A stretch of DNA of 64,000 bases from the human T2T-CHM13v2.0 reference genome, Homo sapiens. The notes beneath the pieces are model-generated. The model did no database searches. It was not told the origin of the DNA and was given only the letters and a program-made list of their open reading frames with translations. The DNA lies in assembly GCF_009914755.1 (NCBI RefSeq), contig NC_060948.1; one strand, 5' to 3'. Positions 44,901 through 58,169 of this stretch are shown here, piece after piece; position 1 is the first letter of the stretch, and the number at the start of each line of letters is the position of its first letter. Made by a program: the position numbers and the translations under genes.

Positions 44901-47900
44901 GAATTGAATCGAATGGAATCGAATGGATTGGAAAGGAATAGAATGGAATGGAATGGAATTGACTCAAATGGAATGGACTAGAATGGAATGGATTCGAATG
45001 GAAGGCAAAGGAATGGAATCTATTGGAATGGACTGTAATGGAATGGAATGGAAGGGATTGGAATGGACTCGAATGGAATGGACTGCAATAGAAAGGATTC
45101 GAATGGAATGAAAAAGAATTGAATGGAATAGAACAGAATGGAATCAAATCGAATGAAATGGAATGGAATAGAAAGGAATGGAATGAAATGGAATGGAAAG
45201 GATTCGAATGGAATGCAATCGAATGGAATGGAATCGAACGGAATGGAATAAAATGGAAGAAAACTGGCAAGAAATGGAATCGAAATGAATGGAGTGTTAT
45301 GGAACGGACTCAAAAGGAATTGAATGTAATAGAATGGAGTGGAGTGGACTCGAATATAATGGACTGGAATGGAATGAAATCACATGGAATGGGAACGAAT
45401 GGAATGGAATGGAAAGGAATGGAATCGAATGGAAAGGAATCGAATGGAAGGGAATGAAATTGAATCAACAGGAATGGAAGGGAATAGAATAGACGGTAAT
45501 GGAATGGACTCGAATAGAATGGACACGAATGCTCAAATTGAATGGACTCGAATGGAATGGAAACGAAAGGAATGTCATCGAATGGAATTGAATCGATTGG
45601 AATGAAATCGCATAGAATGGAGTGGAATCAAATGGAATTGAATCGAAAGGAAAGGAAGCGAATGGACTGAAATGAAATGGAATGGAATTGAATGGAAAGT
45701 AATGCAATGGAATAGAATGGAACGAAATTTCACGGAATGGAATCAAACTGAATGGAATCAAATCAATGGAATCTAATCAAATGGAATGGAAAGGAATTGA
45801 ATGGAGTAGATTGGATTGGATGGGATTGGAATGAAATGTACTGGAAAGGACTCGAATTTCATGAAACGGAATGGAATGAATTGGAACGGAATGGACTCGA
45901 ATGAAATGGAATGTCATGGAATGGCATCAAATGGAATGGCATCAAATGGAATGGAATCGAATGCAATGGAATGCTATGGAATGGAATGGAATGCATTGGA
46001 ATGGAATGTCCTCTAATGAAATGGATTCGAGTGGAATGGAATCGAATATAATGGAGTCGAATGAAATGGAATTGAAAGGAATGGGATCGAATACAATGGA
46101 ATATACTGGAATGTAATGTAATGAACTCGAATGTAATTGACTGGAATGGAATGTACATGAATGGAATGTAATCGAATGGAAAGTAATCCAATGGAATAGA
46201 ATCTAATGCAATAAAATCGACTCAGATAGAGTAGAATGTAATGGAATGGAGTGCAGTGCAATGGAATGGAATGGAATGGAATGCAATGGAATGGAATGGA
46301 ATGGAATGGAATGGAATGGAATGGAATGGGATGGAATGGGATGGAATGGATAGTAATGGACTGGAGTGAAATGGACTGGAAAGGAATGGACTCAAATTGA
46401 AAGGGCTCGAAAGGAATGGAGTCAAATGGAATGGTCTGGAATGGAATGAACACGAATGTAATGCAATCCAATAGAATGGAATCGAATGGCATGGAATATA
46501 AAGAAATGGAATCGGAGAGAATGGAAACAAATGGAATGGAATTGAATGGAATGGAATTGAATGGAATGGGAACGAATGGAGTGAAATTGTATGCAGTAGA
46601 AGGGAATAGAATGGAATGCAAGCGAAAGGAAAGGAATGGATTGGAATGGAATGGAATTCATTGGAATGGAAGGGAATGTAGTGTAATGGACAGGCCTGGA
46701 ATAAAGTGGAATGCTACGGTCTCGAATGGAATAAAAATGTATGGAATGGAATGCAATGAAAAGGAATCGAATGTCATAGAATATAATGGAATGCAACAAA
46801 ATGGAATCCAAAATCATTGACTGGAAAGGCTGGGTGTCGAAAGGAATTGACTCCAATGGAATGGAATCGAATGGAATGGAAGTGAATAGAATCGAACTAA
46901 ATCGAATGGAATGGAATTGATAGGAACGGAATGGAAAGGAATGCAATGATTTGGCATGGAATGGAATCGAATGGCATCGAATGGAATGGAATGGAATGCA
47001 ATGGAATGGAATGTATTAGAATGTAATGAACTTTAATGGAATGTACTCGAATGGATTCGACTGGAATGGAATGTTCTGGAAGTGAATGGACTCCAATGGA
47101 ATGGATTCAAAAGGAATGGAATCGTACGGAATGGAATCTAATGGAATGGAATTAAATGGAAATGAATCAAATTGAATAGCACGGAATTGAATTGAATGGA
47201 ATGGAATGCAATGGAATCTAACGAAACGGAAAGGAAAGGAATGCAATGGAATGGAATGGGCTGGAATGGAAAGGAATCGAAACGAATGGAATGGAATCGA
47301 ACTGAAGAGACTGGAATGGAATGCACTGGAATGGAAGGGAGTGTAATGGAAGGTTCTCGAAAAAAATGGAATCGAATGGAATGGAATTGAATGGAACGGA
47401 ATAGAGTCGAATGGAATTGAATGGAATGGAATGGACTAGAGTGAAATGGAATCGAACCACAAGGAATGGACAGGAATAGAATGGTCTCGAATTGAATGGA
47501 ATCGTATGGAATGGCATCAAACGGAATGGAATGGACAGCCACGGAATGGAATGCACTCGAATGCAATGGAGTCGAAACTAATGGACTGGAATAGAATGGA
47601 CTCGACTGGTACGGACTCCAATGGAATGGAATCGAATGGAAGGGAATCGAACGGAATGGACTCGAAGGGACAAGACTGCAATGGAAAGGTCTCGAATGGA
47701 ATGGAAATTAATGGAATGGAATGGAATCGAATGAAATGGAGTCAAAAGGAATGGAATCGAATGGCAAGAAATCGAATGTAATGGAATCGCAAGGAATTGA
47801 TGTGAACGGAACGGAATGGAATGGAATCCAAAGGAATGGAATAGAATGGAATGGAATCGAATGGAAAGGACTCGAATGGAAATCACTCGAATAGAATGCA

Positions 47901-50900
47901 ATTTAATAAAATAGGATCAAATGTAATGGAATGGAATGGAAAGGAATCGAAACGAAAGGAATGGAGACAGATGGAATGGAATGGAACAGAGAGCAATGGT
48001 ATAGAATGGAATGGAATCATCTGGAATGGAATTGAATGGAATGGAATAATATGAAATGGAATGGAATGGAATGGAATGGAATGCCCTTGAATTAAATGGA
48101 CTGGAATGGAATGGACTCGAACAGAGTGGAATGGAAAGTGTTGAGATAGAATGGAATGGACTCCTTTGGAATGGTCTAGTATGCAATGCAATCGACTGGT
48201 AGGGAATCAAAAGGAATGTAATCGAATGGATTGGACTGGAATGCAATGGACTCGAATAGATTGGAAACGGAATGCAAAGGAATGGAATGGAATAGTATGG
48301 AATGGAATGGAAAGGAATGGAGTGGAATAGACTAGAGTGGAATGGAATGGACTGGAAAGCAATGGACTGGAATGGAACTTTCTTGAATGGACTGGAATCA
48401 AACGGAATGGAATGCAATGCAATCAAATGGCATGGAATAAAATAGAATGAAAGAGAATCAAATGGAATTGAATCGAATGGAATCGAATGGATTGGAAAGG
48501 AATAGAATGGAATGGAATGGAATGGACTCAAATGGAATGGACTAGAATGGAATGGATTCGAATGGAAGGCAAAGGAATGGAATCTATTGGAATGGACTGT
48601 AATGGAATGGAATGGAAGGGATTGGAATGGACTCGAATGGAATGGACTGCAATAGAAAGGATTCGAATGGAATGAAAAAGAATTGAATGGAATAGAACAG
48701 AATGGAATCAAATCGAATGAAATGGAATGGAATAGAAAGGAATGGAATGAAATGGAATGGAAAGGATTCGAATGGAATGCAATCGAATGGAATGGAATCG
48801 AACGGAATGGAATAAAATGGAAGAAAACTGGCAAGAAATGGAATCGAAATGAATGGAGTGTTATGGAACGGACTCAAAAGGAATTGAATGTAATAGAATG
48901 GAGTGGAGTGGACTCGAATATAATGGACTGGAATGGAATGAAATCACATGGAATGGGAACGAATGGAATGGAATGGAAAGGAATGGAATCGAATGGAAAG
49001 GAATCGAATGGAAGGGAATGAAATTGAATCAACAGGAATGGAAGGGAATAGAATAGACGGTAATGGAATGGACTCGAATAGAATGGACACGAATGCTCAA
49101 ATTGAATGGACTCGAATGGAATGGAAACGAAAGGAATGTCATCGAATGGAATTGAATCGATTGGAATGAAATCGCATAGAATGGAGTGGAATCAAATGGA
49201 ATTGAATCGAAAGGAAAGGAAGCGAATGGACTGAAATGAAATGGAATGGAATTGAATGGAAAGTAATGCAATGGAATAGAATGGAACGAAATTTCACGGA
49301 ATGGAATCAAACTGAATGGAATCAAATCAATGGAATCCAATCAAATGGAATGGAGTAGATTGGATTGGATGGGATTGGAATGAAATGTACTGGAAAGGAC
49401 TCGAATTTCATGAAACGGAATGGAATGAATTGGAACGGAATGGACTCGAATGGAATGGAATGTCATAGAATGGCATCAAATGGATTGGCATCAAATGGAA
49501 TGGAATCGAATGCAATGGAATGCTATGGAATGGAATGGAATGCATTGGAATGGAATGTCCTCTAATGGAATGGATTCGAGTGGAATGGAATCGAATATAA
49601 TGGAGTCGAATGAAATGGAATTGAAAGGAATGGGATCGAATACAATGGAATATACTGGAATGTAATGTAATGAACTCGAATGTAATTGACTGGAATGGAA
49701 TGTACATGAATGGAATGTAATCGAATGGAAAGTAATCCAATGGAATAGAATCTAATGCAATAAAATCGACTCAGATAGAGTAGAATGTAATGGAATGGAG
49801 TGCAGTGCAATGGAATGGAATGGAATGGAATGCAATGGAATGGAATGGAATGGAATGGAATGGAATGGAATGGAATGGTGTGGAATGGATAGTAATGGAC
49901 TGGAGTGAAATGGACTGGAAAGGAATGGACTCAAATTGAATGGGCTCGAAAGGAATGGAGTCAAATGGAATGGTCTGGAATGGAATGAACACGAATGTAA
50001 TGCAATCCAATAGAATGGAATCGAATGGCATGGAATATAAAGAAATGGAATCGAAGAGAATGGAAACAAATGGATTGGAATTGAGTGGAATGGAATTGAA
50101 TGGAATGGGAACGAATGGAGTGAAATTGTATGCAGTAGAAGAGAATAGAATGGAATGCAGGCGAAAGGAAAGGAATGGATTGGAATGGAATGGAATTCAT
50201 TGGAATGGAAGGGAATGTAGTGTAATGGACAGGCCTGGAATAAAGTGGAATGCTACGGTCTCGAATGGAATAAAAATGTATGGAATGGAATGCAATGAAA
50301 CGGAATCGAATGTCATAGAATGTAATGGAATGCAAAAAAATGGACTCCAAAATCATTGACTGGAAAGGCTGGGTGTCGAAAGGAATTGACTCCAATGGAA
50401 TGGAATCGAATGGAATGGAAGTGAATAGAATCGAACTAAATCGAATGGAATGGAATTGATAGGAACGGAATGGAAAGGAATGCAATGATTTGGCATGGAA
50501 TGGAATCGAATGGCATCGAATGGAATGGAATGGAATGCAATGGAATGGAATGTATTAGAATGTAATGAACTTTAATGGAATGTACTCGAATGGATTCGAC
50601 TGGAATGGAATGTTCTGGAAGTGAATGGACTCCAATGGAATGGATTCAAAAGGAATGGAATCGTACGGAATGGAATCTAATGGAATGGAATTAAATGGAA
50701 ATGAATCAAATTGAATAGCACGGAATTGAATTGAATGGAATGGAATGCAATGGAATCTAATGAAACGGAAAGGAAAGGAATGGAATGGAATGGAATGGGC
50801 TGGAATGGAAAGGAATCGAAACGAATGGAATGGAATCGAACTGAAGAGACTGGAACGGAATGCACTGGAATGGAAGGGAGTGTAATGGAAGGTTCTCGAA

Positions 50901-53130
50901 AAAAATGGAATCGAATGGAATGGAATTGAATGGAACGGAATAGAGTCGAATGGAATTGAATGGAATGGAATGGACTAGAGTGAAATGGAATCGAACCACA
51001 AGGAATGGACAGGAATAGAATGGTCTCGAATTGAATGGAATCGTATGGAATGGCATCAAACGGAATGGAATGGACAGCCACGGAATGGAATGCACTCGAA
51101 TGCAATGGAGTCGAAACTAATGGACTGGAATAGAATGGACTCGACTGGTACGGACTCCAATGGAATGGAATCGAATGGAAGGGAATCGAACGGAATGGAC
51201 TCGAAGGGACAAGACTGCAAAGGAAAGGTCTCGAATGGAATGGAAATTAATGGAATGGAATGGAATCGAATGAAATGGAGTCAAAAGGAATGGAATCGAA
51301 TGGCAAGAAATCGAATGTAATGGAATCACAAGGAATTGATGTGAACGGAACGGAATGGAATGGAATCCAAAGGAATGGAATAGAATGGAATGGAATCGAA
51401 TGGAAAGGACTCGAATGGAAATCACTCGAATAGAATGCAATTTAATAAAATAGGATCAAATGTAATGGAATGGAATGGAAAGGAATCGAAACGAAAGGAA
51501 TGGAGACAGATGGAATGGAATGGAACAGAGAGCAATGGTATAGAATGGAATGGAATCATCTGGAATGGAATTGAATGGAATGGAATAATATGAAATGGAA
51601 TGGAATGGAATGGAATGGAATGCCCTTGAATTAAATGGACTGGAATGGAATGGACTCGAACAGAGTGGAATGGAAAGTGTTGAGATAGAATGGAATGGAC
51701 TCCTTTGGAATGGTCTAGTATGCAATGCAATCGACTGGTAGGGAATCAAAAGGAATGTAATCGAATGGATTGGACTGGAATGCAATGGACTCGAATAGAT
51801 TGGAAACGGAATGCAAAGGAATGGAATGGAATAGTATGGAATGGAATGGAAAGGAATGGAGTGGAATAGACTAGAGTGGAATGGAATGGACCGGAAAGCA
51901 ATGGACTGGAATGGAACTTTCTTGAATGGACTGGAATCAAACGGAATGGAATGCAATGCAATCAAATGGCATGGAATAAAATAGAATGAAAGAGAATCAA
52001 ATGGAATTGAATCGAATGGAATCGAATGGATTGGAAAGGAATAGAATGGAATGGAATGGAATTGACTCAAATGGAATGGACTAGAATGGAATGGATTCGA
52101 ATGGAAGGCAAAGGAATGGAATCTATTGGAATGGACTGTAATGGAATGGAATGGAAGGGATTGGAATGGACTCGAATGGAATGGACTGCAATAGAAAGGA
52201 TTCGAATGGAATGAAAAAGAATTGAATGGAATAGAACAGAATGGAATCAAATCGAATGAAATGGAATGGAATAGAAAGGAATGGAATGAAATGGAATGGA
52301 AAGGATTCGAATGGAATGCAATCGAATGGAATGGAATCGAACGGAATGGAATAAAATGGAAGAAAACTGGCAAGAAATGGAATCGAAATGAATGGAGTGT
52401 TATGGAACGGACTCAAAAGGAATTGAATGTAATAGAATGGAGTGGAGTGGACTCGAATATAATGGACTGGAATGGAATGAAATCACATGGAATGGGAACG
52501 AATGGAATGGAATGGAAAGGAATGGAATCGAATGGAAAGGAATCGAATGGAAGGGAATGAAATTGAATCAACAGGAATGGAAGGGAATAGAATAGACGGT
52601 AATGGAATGGACTCGAATAGAATGGACACGAATGCTCAAATTGAATGGACTCGAATGGAATGGAAACGAAAGGAATGTCATCGAATGGAATTGAATCGAT
52701 TGGAATGAAATCGCATAGAATGGAGTGGAATCAAATGGAATTGAATCGAAAGGAAAGGAAGCGAATGGACTGAAATGAAATGGAATGGAATTGAATGGAA
52801 AGTAATGCAATGGAATAGAATGGAACGAAATTTCACGGAATGGAATCAAACTGAATGGAATCAAATCAATGGAATCTAATCAAATGGAATGGAAAGGAAT
52901 TGAATGGAGTAGATTGGATTGGATGGGATTGGAATGAAATGTACTGGAAAGGACTCGAATTTCATGAAACGGAATGGAATGAATTGGAACGGAATGGACT
53001 CGAATGAAATGGAATGTCATGGAATGGCATCAAATGGAATGGCATCAAATGGAATGGAATCGAATGCAATGGAATGCTATGGAATGGAATGGAATGAATT
53101 GGAATGGAATGTCCTCTAATGAAATGGATT
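38925..53130 (+). repeat. Recent tandem duplication of a two-unit (7103 bp) DYZ1 block; boundaries approximate
   Basis: Rare variants and ORF-track entries recur at exactly +7103 (39313/46416, 41926/49029, 42837/49940, 45816/52919). Confidence 0.88.
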
Positions 53131-56100
53131 CGAGTGGAATGGAATCGAATATAATGGAGTCGAACGAAATGGAATTGAAAGGAATGGGATCGAATAGAAT
53201 GGAATATACTGAAATGTAATGTAATGAACTCGAATGTAATTGACTGGAATGGAATGTACATGAATGGAATGTAATCGAATGGAAAGTAATCCAATGGAAT
53301 AGAATCTAATGCAATAAAACCGACTCAGATAGAGTAGAATGTAATGGAATGGAGTGCAGTGCAATGGAATGGAATGGAATTGAATGCAATGGAATGGAAT
53401 GGAATGGAATGGAATGGAATGGAATGGAATGGGATGGAATGGTATGGAATGGATAGTAATGGACTGGAGTGAAATGGACTGGAAAGGAATGGACTCAAAT
53501 TGAAAGGGCTCGAAAGGAATGGAGTCAAATGGAATGGTCTGGAATGGAATGAACACGAGTGTAATGCAATCCAATAGAATGGAAACGAATGACATGGAAT
53601 ATAAAGAAATGGAATCGAAGAGAATGGAAACAAATGGAATGGAATTGAATGGAATGGAATTGAATGGAATGGGAACGAATGGAGTGAAATTGTATGCAGT
53701 AGAAGGGAATAGAATGGAATGCAAGTGAAAGGAAAGGAATGGATTGGAATGGAATGGAATTCATTGGAATGGAAGGGAATGTAGTGTAATGGACAGGCCT
53801 GGAATAAAGTGGAATGCTACGGTCTCGAATGGAATAAAAATGTATGGAATGGAATGCAATGAAACGGAATCGAATGTCATAGAATGTAATGGAATGCAAC
53901 AAAATGGAATCCAAAATCATTGACTGGAAAGGCTGGGTGTCGAAAGGAATTGACTCCAATGGAATGGAATCGAATGGAATGGAAGTGAATAGAATCGAAC
54001 TAAATCGAATGGAATGGAATTGATAGGAACGGAATGGAAAGGAATGCAATGATTTGGCATGGAATGGAATCGAATGGCATCGAATGGAATGGAATGGAAT
54101 GCAATGGAATGGAATGTATTAGAATGTAATGAACTTTAATGGAATGTACTCGAATGGATTCGACTGGAATGGAATGTTCTGGAAGTGAATGGACTCCAAT
54201 GGAATGGATTCAAAAGGAATGGAATCGTACGGAATGGAATCTAATGGAATGGAATTAAATGGAAATGAATCAAATTGAATAGCATGGAATTGAATTGAAT
54301 GGAATCGAATGCAATGGAATCTAATGAAACGGAAAGGAAAGGAATGCAATGGAATGGAATGGGCTGGAATGGAAAGGAATCGAAACGAATGGAATGGAAT
54401 CGAACTGAAGAGACTGGAATGGAATGCACTGGAATGGAAGGGAGTGTAATGGAAGGTTCTCGAAAAAAATGGAATCGAATGGAATGGAATTGAATGGAAC
54501 GGAATAGAGTCGAATGGAATTGAATGGAATGGAATGGACTAGAGTGAAATGGAATCGAACCACAAGGAATGGAGAGGAATAGAATGGTCTCGAATTGAAT
54601 GGAATCGTATGGAATGGCATCAAACGGAATGGAATGGACAGCCACGGAATGGAATGCACTCGAATGCAATGGAGTCGAAACTAATGGACTGGAATAGAAT
54701 GGACTCGACTGGTACGGACTCCAATGGAAGGGAAAAGAATGGAAGGGAATCGAACGGAATGGACTCGAAGGGAAAAGACTGCAATGGAAAGGTCTCGAAT
54801 GGAATGGAAATTAATGGAATGGAATGGAATCGAATGAAATGGAGTCAAAAGGAATGGAATCGAATGGCAAGAAATCGAATGTAATGGAATCGCAAGGAAT
54901 TGATGTGAACGGAACGGAATGGAATGGAATCCAAAGGAATGGAATAGAATGGAATGGAATCGAATGGAAAGGACTCGAATGGAAATCACTGGAATAGAAT
55001 GCAATTTAATAATATAGGATCAAATGTAATGGAATGGAATGGAAAGGAATCGAAACGAAAGGAATGGAGACAGATGGAATGGAATAGAACAGAGAGCAAT
55101 GGTATAGAACGGAATGGAATCATCTGGAATGGAATTGAATGGAATGGAATAATATGAAATGGAATGGAATGGAATGGAATGGAATGCCCTTGAATTAAAT
55201 GGACTGGAATGGAATGGACTCGAACAGAGTGGAATGGAAAGTGTTGAGATAGAATGGAATGGACTCGTTTGGAATGGTCTAGTATGCAATGCAATCGACT
55301 GGTAGGGAATCAAAAGGAATGTAATCGAATGGATTGGACTGGAATGCAATGGACTCGAATAGATTGCAAACGGAATGCAAAGGAATGGAATGGAATAGTA
55401 TGGAATGGAATGGAAAGGAATGGAGTGGAATAGACTAGAGTGGAATGGAATGGACTGGAAAGCAATGGACTGGAATGGAACTTTCTTGAATGGACTGGAA
55501 TCAAACGGAATGGAATGCAATGCAATCAAATGGCATGGAATAAAATAGAATGAAAGAGAATCAAATGGAATTGAATCGAATGGAATCGAATGGATTGGAA
55601 AGGAATAGAATGGAATGGAATGGAATGGACTAGAATGGAATGGATTCGAATGGAAGGCAAAGGAATGGAATCTATTGGAATGGACTGTAATGGAATGGAA
55701 TGGAAGGGATTGGAATGGACTCGAATGGAATGGACTGCAATAGAAAGGATTCGAATGGAATGAAAAAGAATTGAATGGAATAGAACAGAATGGAATCAAA
55801 TCGAATGAAATGGAATGGAATAGAAAGGAATGGAATGAAATGGAATGGAAAGGATTCGAATGGAATGCAATCGAATGGAATGGAATCGCACGGAATGGAA
55901 TAAAATGGAAGAAAACTGGCAAGAAATGGAATCGAAATGAATGGAGTGTTATGGAACGGACTCAAAAGGAATTGAATGTAATAGAATGGAGTGGAGTGGA
56001 CTCGAATATAATGGACTGGAATGGAATGAAATCACATGGAATGGGAACGAATGGAATGGAATGGAAAGGAATGGAATCGAATGGAAAGGAATCGAATGGA

Positions 56101-56840
56101 AGGGAATGAAATTGAATCAACAGGAATGGAAGGGAATAGAATAGACGGTAATGGAATGGACTCGAATAGAATGGACACGAATGCTCAAATTGAATGGACT
56201 CGAATGGAATGGAAACGAAAGGAATGTCATCGAATGGAATTGAATCGATTGGAATGAAATCGCATAGAATGGAGTGGAATCAAATGGAATTGAATCGAAA
56301 GGAAAGGAAGCGAATGGACTGAAATGAAATGGAATGGAATTGAATGGAAAGTAATGCAATGGAATAGAATGGAACGAAATTTCACGGAATGGAATCAAAC
56401 TGAATGGAATCAAATCAATGGTATCCAATCAAATGGAATGGAGTAGATTGGATTGGATGGGATTGGAATGAAATGTACTGGAAAGGACTCGAATTTCATG
56501 AAACGGAATGGAATGAATTGGAACGGAATGGACTCGAATGGAATGGAATGTCATAGAATGGCATCAAATGGAATGGCATCAAATGGAATGGAATCGAATG
56601 CAATGGAATGCTATGGAATGGAATGGAATGCATTGGAATGGAATGTCCTCTAATGGAATGGATTCGAGTGGAATGGAATCGAATATAATGGAGTCGAATG
56701 AAATGGAATTGAAAGGAATGGGATCGAATACAATGGAATATACTGGAATGTAATGTAATGAACTCGAATGTAATTGACTGGAATGGAATGTACATGAATG
56801 GAATGTAATCGAATGGAAAGTAATCCAATGGAATAGAATC

Positions 56841-57497
56841 ATATATGATATATAATATATGTATAATATTGTTTTACATCCTGCATCTTATGTTATATAT
56901 ATTGTATAAAATATAATAATTGATTATATATACTTTTATAACATAATTTACATAAAATATCATAATATAATATATATTATATTATTTCATATTACATAAT
57001 ATATATTACATATCACCCAATATAAGTAACATACATAATATTATAATATAGATTATATTATGTTATATTAAATATCATATATATTATGTATCATATATTC
57101 TATAATATATATTATACATTATATAATATGTATGTTGTCTATTATGTGATATATATAACTATACATATAATTATATTATTATACGTATAACTAGATAAAC
57201 ATGTAATTCTACATATTTTCATTTATAATATATAGAATTATATAATCATATATAATTATGTATATTCTATAAAAAATTATATCATTATATAAATTATAAT
57301 ATATAAAAATTATAATATGTACTACAAATATATATATTATATATCATATATGATATAGTACCTTTGTTATATATCATAATACATATAAATGTGTATTATG
57401 TTATCTATAATTATATAATTTCATATATAAGATGTATAATATGTGTCATATATTATATATGTTATGTAATATATATACTATATATAAGATGACACAG
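56841..57497. repeat. AT-rich block of the first DYZ2 unit, internally deleted by ~760 bp
   Basis: Aligns to unit 2 at ~58770-58862 and then jumps to 59623 onward. Confidence 0.85.
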
Positions 57498-57507
57498 GAT
57501 AAATATT
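57498..57507 (+). other. Left target-site duplication GATAAATATT of the AluY
   Basis: Identical 10-mer at 57786-57795. Single copy at the empty sites 60197-60206 and 62616-62625. Confidence 0.92.
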
Positions 57508-57800
<293 letters not shown>

Positions 57801-57878
57801 CTATGACATATAAAATATATGAGGTTATATGTTACATATAAGGCATAGCACATAACATGTAATATATATCATATATAA

Positions 57879-58169
<291 letters not shown>

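Larger units (their letters stand above)
1..56840 (+). repeat. DYZ1: DYZ1 / human satellite 3 (HSat3, Yq12) array, ~16 tandem ~3.56 kb units of diverged GGAAT pentamers (purine-rich strand on +)
   Basis: GGAAT pentamer backbone throughout. An equivalent anchor recurs at 119, 3688, 7257, 10826, 14390, 17939, 21488, 25057, 28626, 32190, 35754, 39313, 42852, 46416, 49955 and 53519 (spacings 3539-3569 bp). EcoRI GAATTC (357-362) and HaeIII GGCC (396-399) recur at unit periodicity, matching the classical ~3.4-3.56 kb Y HaeIII/EcoRI repeat. The array abuts a DYZ2 array. Confidence 0.97.

Noticed and set aside
1-56840. CRISPR-like or telomere-like array
   Set aside because: There is no constant repeat with unique spacers, no cas genes and no TTAGGG tracts. 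It is a pentamer satellite.
119-56842. Hundreds of ORFs (MEWNG-type on +, FHSIP-type on -, up to 318 aa)
   Set aside because: These are the direct translation of GGAAT/ATTCC pentamers, which lack stop codons. They overlap in all frames and are opened or broken by 5-bp indels between units.
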